Shown: positions 9,919-17,643 of the stretch, one piece after another
Layout of the letters: each line of letters opens with the position of its first letter
Position numbering within the stretch: the first letter of the stretch is position 1
Assembly (NCBI GenBank): GCA_964583985.1
Contig: CAZOYD010000051.1
Location: 1-24,402, forward strand
DNA: 24,402 nt
Direction: 5' to 3'
From: an uncultured archaeon
GTDB lineage: Archaea; Asgardarchaeota; Lokiarchaeia; Sigyniarchaeales; SOKP01
Position numbers and translations under genes: made by a program
Notes under the pieces: model-generated
The model's database searches: none
Told to the model about the DNA's origin: nothing
Seen by the model: only the letters and a program-made list of their open reading frames with translations

Positions 9919-10527
9919 TTATTGTGAAGTAAGCAATCTTATTTTAACTAACCTTATAACTGAAGATGCTAAATAGGATTGCTTACCCAAGCTCAAATTA
10001 ATAAGATTTAATCCTATTAATTCTTGTTTTTTCATGAAATTACCAGTTTGATCTCCTAGGACAAATACCTGATCTTTTTTTAGATGATTTTTCGTAATAT
10101 AATTAGCGAGATCTTCTCCATCTTCATTTAAAATGAAAACATCACACCCATCATTCATAAAGTCTTCGATGGCTTTAAAAATGCTAATTTCTGTCGTTTC
10201 TATTGAATTTAAGGGATGATCTTGAGCCACATTGCTACCTTTATGTAAAATATAATCGATAAAATACTTGGCTAGCAAGAGTTCATTTTTTGGAAAATTT
10301 ACATTTAATTTTTCAGAATTGAAGATAAAAGTTCCGTAATTGTCAATGAAAACCCAAATCTGGACATTTTTCTCAAATTTAGAATTTAGATATAATGCTG
10401 CTAAGATACATCGACAAAGCACATCTATTCTTCCAGAGGATCCGGGAAGATCTTTTATTGTATAGTGATCAAGATTTACCGTTTCTGAATGAATGACAAA
10501 AATCAAAGTCATGAAATTAATTTCCAA
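9919..10527 (-). CDS. trmY: tRNA (pseudouridine54-N1)-methyltransferase, SPOUT family
   Basis: DLPGSSGRIDVLCRCI, LNEDGED, FVLGDQTG, LSLG. The start may be the ATG at 10512. Confidence 0.82.
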   Translation of the reverse strand: MEINFMTLIFVIHSETVNLDHYTIKDLPGSSGRIDVLCRCILAALYLNSKFEKNVQIWVFIDNYGTFIFNSEKLNVNFPKNELLLAKYFIDYILHKGSNVAQDHPLNSIETTEISIFKAIEDFMNDGCDVFILNEDGEDLANYITKNHLKKDQVFVLGDQTGNFMKKQELIGLNLINLSLGKQSYLASSVIRLVKIRLLTSQ

Positions 10528-10626
10528 TTAAATTTTAAATTGTGATAATCTAATTCTTAAATTGTAGATTGTTATATTAAATGAACTGATAATTTTAAAT
10601 TATTAAATTTGAGAACGTGTTAATTT

Positions 10627-11541
10627 TTGGATGAAATTGACCTTAAAATTTTAAAGCTGTTAATGGCTGATTCGAGGTCACCCTATAAGCAATTAGCTGA
10701 TGAATTTCATATTAGTGTCAATTCGATCCATAAACGTGTTAAATCTTTAGTAGAATCGGGTGTTATTAAAGATTTTAAAGCACGACTAGGTTTTGGGAAC
10801 TTTCCTAATATATCAAATATTGTAATTTTTGGGACTCCAACTATAAAAGATAAGAAACTTCTTTTAGAAAGATTAGGTGAAAATGAGTATATTTATAGTA
10901 TTTTACGTGCTAGTGGAAATTTATTTTATATCCATGCTTATATTCAAAATATGAACGAGCTGGATTCATTGGTTACATTTATACGAAAAACAGGAAAAAT
11001 TAGTGAGCTTACAGTCGGAATTGATCGAAATTTTCCCACCATTTCAGTAGATAATAAAATTAAGATTACAAATCTAGATTATCTAATTGTAGATTCTTTA
11101 CAAAATAACTCAAGAAAAACTATTTCAGATATAGCCGAAGAAATAGGAGCCTCCACCAAGACAATTAAAAGAAGGTTAGATGGTTTGATTGAGAACTCTT
11201 TAATAGAATTTTATTTAGATTGGTTTCCCTCTTCAATTTTTACCATAATAACCCTAAAGTTAAAATCTGATTCATTGGTAGATGATAGAGACTTTTTAAT
11301 AAGTTTGAAAAAAAAATATGGTTCCAGAATTGTACATTCATGGGTTTTCAGTAATTTACCACATATAAAACTTATATCCATTTGGACAGAATCAATGAAA
11401 GAACTTCAAGAGATTGAATCTTCACTTCTTTCTGAAAATTATGATTCTGTAGAAGTTACAATACTAATTGAAGGTAAATTTGTTCCCACATGGAGAGAAA
11501 CTTATCTTAAAGAGAAAGTTCGAGAGATCAAATTCCCATAA
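10627..11541 (+). CDS. Lrp/AsnC family regulator with two tandem HTH+RAM units
   Basis: MDEIDLKILKLLMADSR...RVKSLVESGVI and a second unit LDYLIVDSLQNNSRKTISDIAEEIG...RRLDGL. Confidence 0.9.
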   Translation: MDEIDLKILKLLMADSRSPYKQLADEFHISVNSIHKRVKSLVESGVIKDFKARLGFGNFPNISNIVIFGTPTIKDKKLLLERLGENEYIYSILRASGNLFYIHAYIQNMNELDSLVTFIRKTGKISELTVGIDRNFPTISVDNKIKITNLDYLIVDSLQNNSRKTISDIAEEIGASTKTIKRRLDGLIENSLIEFYLDWFPSSIFTIITLKLKSDSLVDDRDFLISLKKKYGSRIVHSWVFSNLPHIKLISIWTESMKELQEIESSLLSENYDSVEVTILIEGKFVPTWRETYLKEKVREIKFP

Positions 11542-11683
11542 TTATATATTTCTCTTTTATTTACCGCAATTATGATAAATGGGTAGTTAAAATTTAAATT
11601 TTATTTATAAATAAAAATTTAATTTCGTCCAATGAAGGAATGAAATCTTATTTTGGAGGAATTACTATTTTTTTTATGTATAA

Positions 11684-11707
11684 TTTTTCACCCAAGTGGG
11701 TTAAAAA
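11684..11707. promoter_or_regulatory. Imperfect palindrome, candidate operator upstream of the ABC exporter
   Basis: TTTTT-C-ACCCA-AG-TGGGT-T-AAAAA. Confidence 0.35.
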
Positions 11708-11836
11708 CCTCCCATTTTGCTCATTTTTTTATCTCATTTCTGCTATATCGGGTTATCGTTAACATTAAAAATGATTCATCTCATTTCAATATTAAACATT
11801 GGACTAAAGTTAATTTATATTAATTATAACCTTACA

Positions 11837-12682
11837 ATGATCAAAGAAAATGGAAGTGATAAAAAAATGTCTACTAAAATAAAACCTTATGAAAAACCTG
11901 AAAATATCATCAATCCGAACAGTGAATTTTCGATTGAAGTACAAAATTTAAGAAAAATATTCAGAGGGAAAAAGGGATATGATGATATTGTCGCGGTAGA
12001 TGATGTCTCCTTTACAGTGAAAACTGGGGAATTATTTGGTTTTTTGGGACCGAATGGAGCAGGAAAAACAACAACAATTAACATGTTAGTTGGACTTGAG
12101 AAGCCAACTAGTGGAACCGCAATTATTAATGGATATGATGTATATTATGCTCTCTCTCATATCAAAGAATCGATAGGAGTATGTCCTCAAGAGCCATCAG
12201 TTTTTAAATTTCTCACGGGATTAGAGAACATCGAACTTTTTGGAAAGCTCCATTCAATGAAAAAAGCTGAAATAAAAGAGAAAACCAATAAACTACTAGA
12301 AATCCTTAACTTATCAAATGCAAGTAAGAGAAAAACTAAAGGATATAGTGGTGGGATGTTAAGGCAACTTAATATGATAATCTCATTAATTCATGATCCT
12401 AAAATAGCATTTTTAGATGAACCTACCGTGGGAATGGATCCAAGAGCACGGAGGGCGACTTGGGAGTTCATTGGATCGCTTAAAACTAAAAACAAAACCA
12501 TTTTTCTTACAACACATTACATTGAAGAAGCAGAAGCTCTCTGCGATAGAGTGGCGATAATAGATTACGGAAAATTGATTGAAATAGGAACTCCACCAGA
12601 TCTAATCAAGAAATATGAAGTAAAAACTTTAGAGGGCGTGTTTTTGAAAATTACAGGAAGAAGAATTATGGAGGGAATATAA
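11837..12682 (+). CDS. ABC-2/drug-exporter ATP-binding protein
   Basis: Walker A GPNGAGKTT, signature YSGGM, Walker B FLDEPT, H-loop TTHY. The start is more likely ATG 11837 or 11867 than the TTG at 11717. Confidence 0.93.
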   Translation: MIKENGSDKKMSTKIKPYEKPENIINPNSEFSIEVQNLRKIFRGKKGYDDIVAVDDVSFTVKTGELFGFLGPNGAGKTTTINMLVGLEKPTSGTAIINGYDVYYALSHIKESIGVCPQEPSVFKFLTGLENIELFGKLHSMKKAEIKEKTNKLLEILNLSNASKRKTKGYSGGMLRQLNMIISLIHDPKIAFLDEPTVGMDPRARRATWEFIGSLKTKNKTIFLTTHYIEEAEALCDRVAIIDYGKLIEIGTPPDLIKKYEVKTLEGVFLKITGRRIMEGI

Positions 12683-13422
12683 TGAATACCCAAAGAATTT
12701 TAGCTCTACTGAAAATGGAACTTTTAAAACTTGTTAGAGAGCCAGCATATTTATTTTTAATGCTTTTATTTCCCGCTGTTCTTACAATCACTTTTGGATT
12801 TGCTTTTAATGATCCTGAACTTGGTTCAACTTTTAATATTATGGTTCCTGGATTATTTGCATATGCATGCATATTCATAATAATGACTGTATCTCAATCT
12901 TTTACTGAATTAAGAGAACAAGGAGTATTGAGAAGACTTAATACTACACCAATGTCGTCTAGTGATTTCATGATGTCTAATTTGCTCTCTAATATGATAC
13001 TTTCTATGCTTCAAGTGTTGATTGTTTTTGCTCTAGCATTGTTAGTAGGATTTAAATCTAATAGCGAAATTTTAGGAATTTTGTTTGCATTTTTACTGAT
13101 GGCTTTATTCTCATTAAGTTCTGTAGGATTAGGACTTATAACAGCATCAATTTCTAAAAATGCTGGAATAGCGACTGGGATTTCATTTATTTTCATACTA
13201 CCACAAATGTTTTTTGGAACATTTTTACCAATGACATCCAATACTAGAGTTATTGCGGTTTTCATGCCCAGTTATTACGCCACTGATGCATTAACTTCTA
13301 TTTTTGGTGGTGCAAACTTGCTGAGTGTGAATATATTAATAGATTTCGCATTTATTGCTATATTTAGTATAGTTATCGTGATTTTGGGAATAATAATCTT
13401 CAAGAAATATGGAAATAAATAA
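12682..13422 (+). CDS. ABC-2 type transporter permease
   Basis: About six TM segments, ELREQGVLRRLNTTP motif, TAATG coupling to the ATPase. Confidence 0.92.
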   Translation: MNTQRILALLKMELLKLVREPAYLFLMLLFPAVLTITFGFAFNDPELGSTFNIMVPGLFAYACIFIIMTVSQSFTELREQGVLRRLNTTPMSSSDFMMSNLLSNMILSMLQVLIVFALALLVGFKSNSEILGILFAFLLMALFSLSSVGLGLITASISKNAGIATGISFIFILPQMFFGTFLPMTSNTRVIAVFMPSYYATDALTSIFGGANLLSVNILIDFAFIAIFSIVIVILGIIIFKKYGNK

Positions 13423-13449
13423 TTTTTTTTTATTTTTTTTTTTTTTTTT
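13423..13449 (+). terminator. Long oligo-T tract (T9-A-T17), probable archaeal terminator
   Basis: Starts immediately after the permease stop, between convergent genes. Confidence 0.65.
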
Positions 13450-13459
13450 ACTTTCTACA

Positions 13460-13768
13460 TTAGATCGTTTTCTTTCTCTTAGAATATGAAATTAGGTAGA
13501 AAACTCCGATTATTACAAGCAAAGAAAGAAGTATGCCAAGAATCCCCGCAACATAATCATTTGTTATCCAGCTTAATATTGGTACCCAGGGAGAAATTAA
13601 ACTTTCAAGCCATTCTTCACCATACATGTCGATTAGAACTCTTTCTAATCCATCAGGATCTTCAGAAAGAAATCCTATTGTAAAGCCTGTTGCCAATACT
13701 ATCATTAAGACAGCTATTATAACAACAACGGTGATAATCGGCCATTTATATCTTTTCCATTCAATCAT
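13460..13768 (-). CDS. PDGLE-domain membrane protein, NikN-type ECF accessory component
   Basis: SEDPDGLE motif between two TM helices. ATGA overlap with the upstream cbiM/nikM. Confidence 0.88.
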   Translation of the reverse strand: MIEWKRYKWPIITVVVIIAVLMIVLATGFTIGFLSEDPDGLERVLIDMYGEEWLESLISPWVPILSWITNDYVAGILGILLSLLVIIGVFYLISYSKRKKTI

Positions 13769-14442
13769 GTCTTATTCAACCCCATTAATGATTCAGTAGT
13801 GATAAAATCTGGTTTTGTTTTATATATATAAAACACGATTAGCGCTGAAATTATTCCTTCTCCAATTCCTATTAGAGAATGCCAAAAAACCATGGAAATA
13901 ATCGCAACTTCCAATGGCATAATCCCTCCAACAGAAATTTCAATGCCACAAATAAATGAAGCCAGTACGATTGCGATGTAAGATCCTATCCCAGTAGCAA
14001 TTGTAATTTTTATCTCTTTTTTCAATGAAGAGTGATTTAAAAGCTTCACAATAAAGACTACTATATAGAATCCCACCATCCCAGCAATAATTCCCATATT
14101 AAATGTATTTGCTCCTAATGCCGTGATTCCACCATCTCCAAAGAGACTTTGAACAACTAATATTAAAAATATGACTATAATGGAAGCCCAAGGTCCTAAA
14201 ATCACGGCTACTAATGTCCCTCCTACTAAATGACCAGAAGTACCTCCTGGGATTGGATAATTTACAAATTGGAACGCAAAAATAACAGCCGCCAATACAC
14301 CTATATATGGAATTAATTTCTCAGAATCTTCTCTATCAAACAGATTCCCCATTCTAAAATATCCTATTATCATGAAAGTAATGCTAACAATCCAAAGTAT
14401 TACAATCGTGACAGGATCAAGTAACCCATCGGGTATGTGCAT
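13765..14442 (-). CDS. cbiM: Ni/Co ECF transporter S component (CbiM/NikM family, NikM-type N-terminus)
   Basis: MHIPDG metal-binding N-terminus, GTSGHLVGG, GDGGITALGAN, HSLIGIGEG. Confidence 0.92.
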   Translation of the reverse strand: MHIPDGLLDPVTIVILWIVSITFMIIGYFRMGNLFDREDSEKLIPYIGVLAAVIFAFQFVNYPIPGGTSGHLVGGTLVAVILGPWASIIVIFLILVVQSLFGDGGITALGANTFNMGIIAGMVGFYIVVFIVKLLNHSSLKKEIKITIATGIGSYIAIVLASFICGIEISVGGIMPLEVAIISMVFWHSLIGIGEGIISALIVFYIYKTKPDFITTESLMGLNKT

Positions 14443-14640
14443 TTTTTATTTACCTTATATTTTGTTATCGAAATATATTTTTAGTTTGAATAATATTTTT
14501 TTATAAGGAAGTATTATTTTTAAAGGATATGAATAATCTATAAAATAGTATGATCTTTATCAAAATGCCAATAGAATTAGATTGAATGAATTTTAGAAGT
14601 TTTTTAGTTAAATATTAGAAATAAGAGGAGTAGAAAGAAA

Positions 14641-15444
14641 TTGGAAATAATATTACCTTTTAAACATGAAGATCAAAAAAATTTATTAAATAAAATCCAT
14701 CCATTAACTCGTTTCATTCTTCCCTTTATTCTAGTTGTTCCTTTCCTTCTATTAAATAATATATATTTAATAATTACGACATTATTGCTCGTTATAATCT
14801 TTAATTTATGCTTTCGGCTCCAAATGATAACTATTTTATCAAGAATCAAAGCTTTACTACCCTTCGTATTATTTATCACGATTTTTATACCATTTTATGT
14901 TGGAACCACAGTTTTTTTTCAATTAAATATCGGAATTGTATTGAATATTTATAAGGAAGGCTTATTATTCGCCCTGACTCTATTCTTTCGAATTATCGGA
15001 GCTATTTTTGTGTTTTTAACCTTTTTATCTTCATTAACTTACTCTGAATTTATAGAAGCTTTGACTAAAATCAGAGCAATACCCTCATTTTTTACTGGAA
15101 GTATTATTATAATGCTTCATTACATACCATTATTAGCAAAATCCAATAGAAAGATATTAGAAGCCCAAAACTTGAGAGGAAAAAATAACACATCATATTG
15201 GCGAAGATTGAAAACTCATGGTTTCATAATGGGTAAAAATTTAGTGCATAACATGGAAAGAAGTGAAAAATTATATGAGAGTTTGAAGATGCGAGGTTTT
15301 TCAGGTAAGATTACTTTTGCTCCAAAGAAATTGAAGATTTTGGATATATCATTAGTTCTATCTTTCATCGTTCTCGCCATCTTCCTAAGCTACTTGATTA
15401 ATTTAGAACAGATTTATACAGAGGTTTTCAAACTATTTTTCTGA
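14641..15444 (+). CDS. cbiQ: ECF transporter T component (CbiQ/NikQ)
   Basis: IHPLTR, TM segments, coupling motifs AQNLRG and SLKMRGF. Confidence 0.88.
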   Translation: MEIILPFKHEDQKNLLNKIHPLTRFILPFILVVPFLLLNNIYLIITTLLLVIIFNLCFRLQMITILSRIKALLPFVLFITIFIPFYVGTTVFFQLNIGIVLNIYKEGLLFALTLFFRIIGAIFVFLTFLSSLTYSEFIEALTKIRAIPSFFTGSIIIMLHYIPLLAKSNRKILEAQNLRGKNNTSYWRRLKTHGFIMGKNLVHNMERSEKLYESLKMRGFSGKITFAPKKLKILDISLVLSFIVLAIFLSYLINLEQIYTEVFKLFF

Positions 15445-16181
15445 TAGAAGTAGAAAATTTGAATTTTGAGTACAATTCAAAATTTTCGATTAATAACATA
15501 TCATTTAAAATCGAAGAAAATTCAATCTATGCTTTAACCGGGAATAATGGTTCCGGGAAAACTACTTTATTAAGATTATTAGTTGGTTTACTGAAACCTA
15601 AGTCGGGATCTATTAAAATTTTTGATGAGATCTTGACAAGAGATAAAAATCAATTATGGAAGTTAAGGCAAAAAATTGGCTTTTTATTTCAAAACCCCGA
15701 TGATCAACTATTTGCTCCAACATGTGAAGAAGATGTTGGTTTTGGGGCGAGAAATCTTGGACTTGAAGAGAATGAAGTGATGAAAAGAGTTGATTGGGCG
15801 CTTAATGCAGTTGACTTGATAGATTATAAAAAATATTCTCCATTTGATCTGTCTTGGGGCCAAAAGAAACGTGCTGCTTTAGCAGGTTTGTTAGTATTGA
15901 AGCCAAAATTATTAATTTTGGATGAACCATTCGCGAATCTCGATTTTAAATCAATTTATAATCATTTAAAAATTTTGGATGCCCTTAGAAAAGAGGAAAA
16001 AATGACAATCTTATTTACTACCCATAATCTCTTTTTCATTGAAAATTGGGCAGATAGAATGTTGGTTTTAAACAACGGGAGTTTATTTTTCGAAGGGAAA
16101 CCTAACATAGGATTGCTAGATCCCTCAGTTTCAGAATTATTGGGGTCCTATGAAGAAATCTTAAAGGCACTCAAAAAATGA
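15441..16181 (+). CDS. cbiO: ECF transporter ATPase (CbiO/NikO). Probable CTG start at 15441, alternative TTG at 15459
   Basis: GNNGSGKTT, FQNPDDQLFAPT, LSWGQKKR, LILDEP. The frame extends to (CTG)IEVENLNFEY, overlapping the cbiQ TGA. Confidence 0.9.
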   Translation: MIEVENLNFEYNSKFSINNISFKIEENSIYALTGNNGSGKTTLLRLLVGLLKPKSGSIKIFDEILTRDKNQLWKLRQKIGFLFQNPDDQLFAPTCEEDVGFGARNLGLEENEVMKRVDWALNAVDLIDYKKYSPFDLSWGQKKRAALAGLLVLKPKLLILDEPFANLDFKSIYNHLKILDALRKEEKMTILFTTHNLFFIENWADRMLVLNNGSLFFEGKPNIGLLDPSVSELLGSYEEILKALKK

Positions 16182-16217
16182 AGATAGCAAAAAGTTTTTA
16201 GATCCTTTTTTCTTATT

Positions 16218-16542
16218 ATTAATTGGGAAATGATGAAGGAGCTATTGTCGCAAAAACGAGGACATGCACGAAAAAAGATGAATGCACGTGCAAATTTTTG
16301 CGCACATCCTGAATTTAAATAATCAATACTAATACTGCATAATAAATGGGCTCTTTACCTAGCTATGGTGTGTACCTTTGCAATGAGGCTTGAGTCAGTC
16401 ACCCAGCGTGCAGACATGATTATGTCCCAAAACGGCATAGAAATTATAGCCTAGCACGAGAGAACTTTTTTGATTACTTGGTATGACCTTGATATGATAA
16501 AAGCGTGTTAGTGTTTTAGGCGACAATATATGCTCAATTAAT
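16218..16542 (+). ncRNA. Candidate ~325-nt structured non-coding RNA of unrecognised family
   Basis: Visibly more GC-rich than other spacers and lies between convergent genes. Nested end-to-end helices: 16218-27/16533-42, 16243-51/16520-28 (perfect 9 bp), 16253-57/16513-17, 16261-67/16503-09. Internal helices: 16288-93/16298-303, 16320-26/16470-76, 16351-69/16443-62, 16413-17/16422-26. Mismatches are mostly G-U on the + strand. Confidence 0.6.
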
Positions 16543-16554
16543 TAAATTGAAATG

Positions 16555-17025
16555 CTAAAGCAGCCCCATTGTGTCAGAACTAAACAGATCTTTTAACTCT
16601 TTATTTAATTCACCTTGATCCGTTTGTAAGTAACGAGATAATATTTGAGAAATTTTAGGAGCAAATCGTTTAATAAGAGCTCTTACAAACCCTATTTGGA
16701 CGTTTTTATCTGAAACAATGCATAAAACTCCTTTTCCTATTTTACCTGAAAATATAAATCCTTTATCATATTCCGTGAATTGTAGTTCTGTAATTCCATA
16801 TCCTAAAATATGTCCTTGTTCTTCTCCTGCAGTAAATACTGCACCTCCAATCGCTCCAATTTTTTCCACGGAAATTTCTTCTTCATTAGAAAACGTGAAT
16901 TTAGATTCACTCATTATGGTTATTCCTGTATCATCGATGATAATAACGTATTTTAACCCGGGAGTGCTCGTAATGATTGTTTTTAAAATTTTTCTTAAAG
17001 CTACCTCATCTTTGGAATAACCCAA
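16555..17025 (-). CDS. Roadblock/LC7 (MglB/LAMTOR-like) domain protein with C-terminal extension
   Basis: YVIIIDDTGITIMS, EKIGAIGGAVFTAG, TEYDKGFIF, VLCIVSDKNVQIGFVR. AGGAG lies 10 nt before the TTG. Confidence 0.88.
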   Translation of the reverse strand: MGYSKDEVALRKILKTIITSTPGLKYVIIIDDTGITIMSESKFTFSNEEEISVEKIGAIGGAVFTAGEEQGHILGYGITELQFTEYDKGFIFSGKIGKGVLCIVSDKNVQIGFVRALIKRFAPKISQILSRYLQTDQGELNKELKDLFSSDTMGLL

Positions 17026-17167
17026 TGTGAATCTGCTCCTTGTAAAGAAATAATAAAAATTTACTTTTATCTAATTTCTATAATTTTAAAGATAACCATT
17101 TAAACTTAAATATTTAAGGCTTGCTGTGAAACAACAATTAAATGAAATACATAAAATGAAATGCAAT

Positions 17168-17518
17168 TTAAAATAAGTTTTGCGTTCTAATTATATTTTT
17201 TAACATTTTTATGCTATCTTTATGATATTTAGATTTTTCTAATAATAAAAATAAACGATATCGTTTGCCTTTGTCAATATCAAATTTAAGGGGAACTAAA
17301 TTGGGATCCTTAATAGTTAATTCCCTATTCTTCGATACAGCAGAGAGTGCTAATGTATTCTCACGAATCCAAAGTCTTTTTGATATATTTGCACCGATAG
17401 GAAATCCATTACGATCAGTAATCACTCCTGCTACAAAATTAGGAAAATTTTGCTTAATTTTATGTAAAAAATAATTTACTTCAGCTTGTTTGACTAATCT
17501 TGTTGATTCAGACTTCAT
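17168..17518 (-). CDS. Divergent roadblock-like protein
   Basis: FLHKIKQNFPNFVAGVITDRNGFPIGANI matches the roadblock helix1-beta1-beta2 pattern. The rest is shortened and basic. Confidence 0.6.
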   Translation of the reverse strand: MKSESTRLVKQAEVNYFLHKIKQNFPNFVAGVITDRNGFPIGANISKRLWIRENTLALSAVSKNRELTIKDPNLVPLKFDIDKGKRYRLFLLLEKSKYHKDSIKMLKNIIRTQNLF

Positions 17519-17643
17519 TTAACTCAACTTGTTAAAATTATATGTATTTAAGATCCAAATAAAAAGAAATCATCTTTAAATGGTGTAATATTGAGATAAC
17601 ATGGTTAACAACCATGAAATAAATTGAGATTAAAAAGAGAGAA

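Noticed and set aside
11717-11836. N-terminal extension of the ABC ATPase from TTG 11717
   Set aside because: It looks like translated AT-rich promoter sequence. Downstream ATGs give a normal-length protein.
16221-16260. Cobalamin riboswitch (AATTGGGAA near a cbi/nik locus)
   Set aside because: It lies downstream of the transporter with no co-oriented gene after it. The GGUG-AA-UCC, GCCACUG and B12-box motifs are missing.
16346-16486. Selenoprotein-like ORF by TGA read-through (…LCNEA*VSHP…)
   Set aside because: No recognisable selenoprotein motif, and nearby AUGA…GA hairpins lack a proper SECIS helix II.
16218-16542. Assignment as SRP RNA, RNase P RNA or MITE
   Set aside because: No SRP helix-8 motif and only loose RNase P consensus echoes with no P3 before them. 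Interrupted, G-U-biased pairing and no clear target duplication argue against a MITE. Left unassigned, not excluded.
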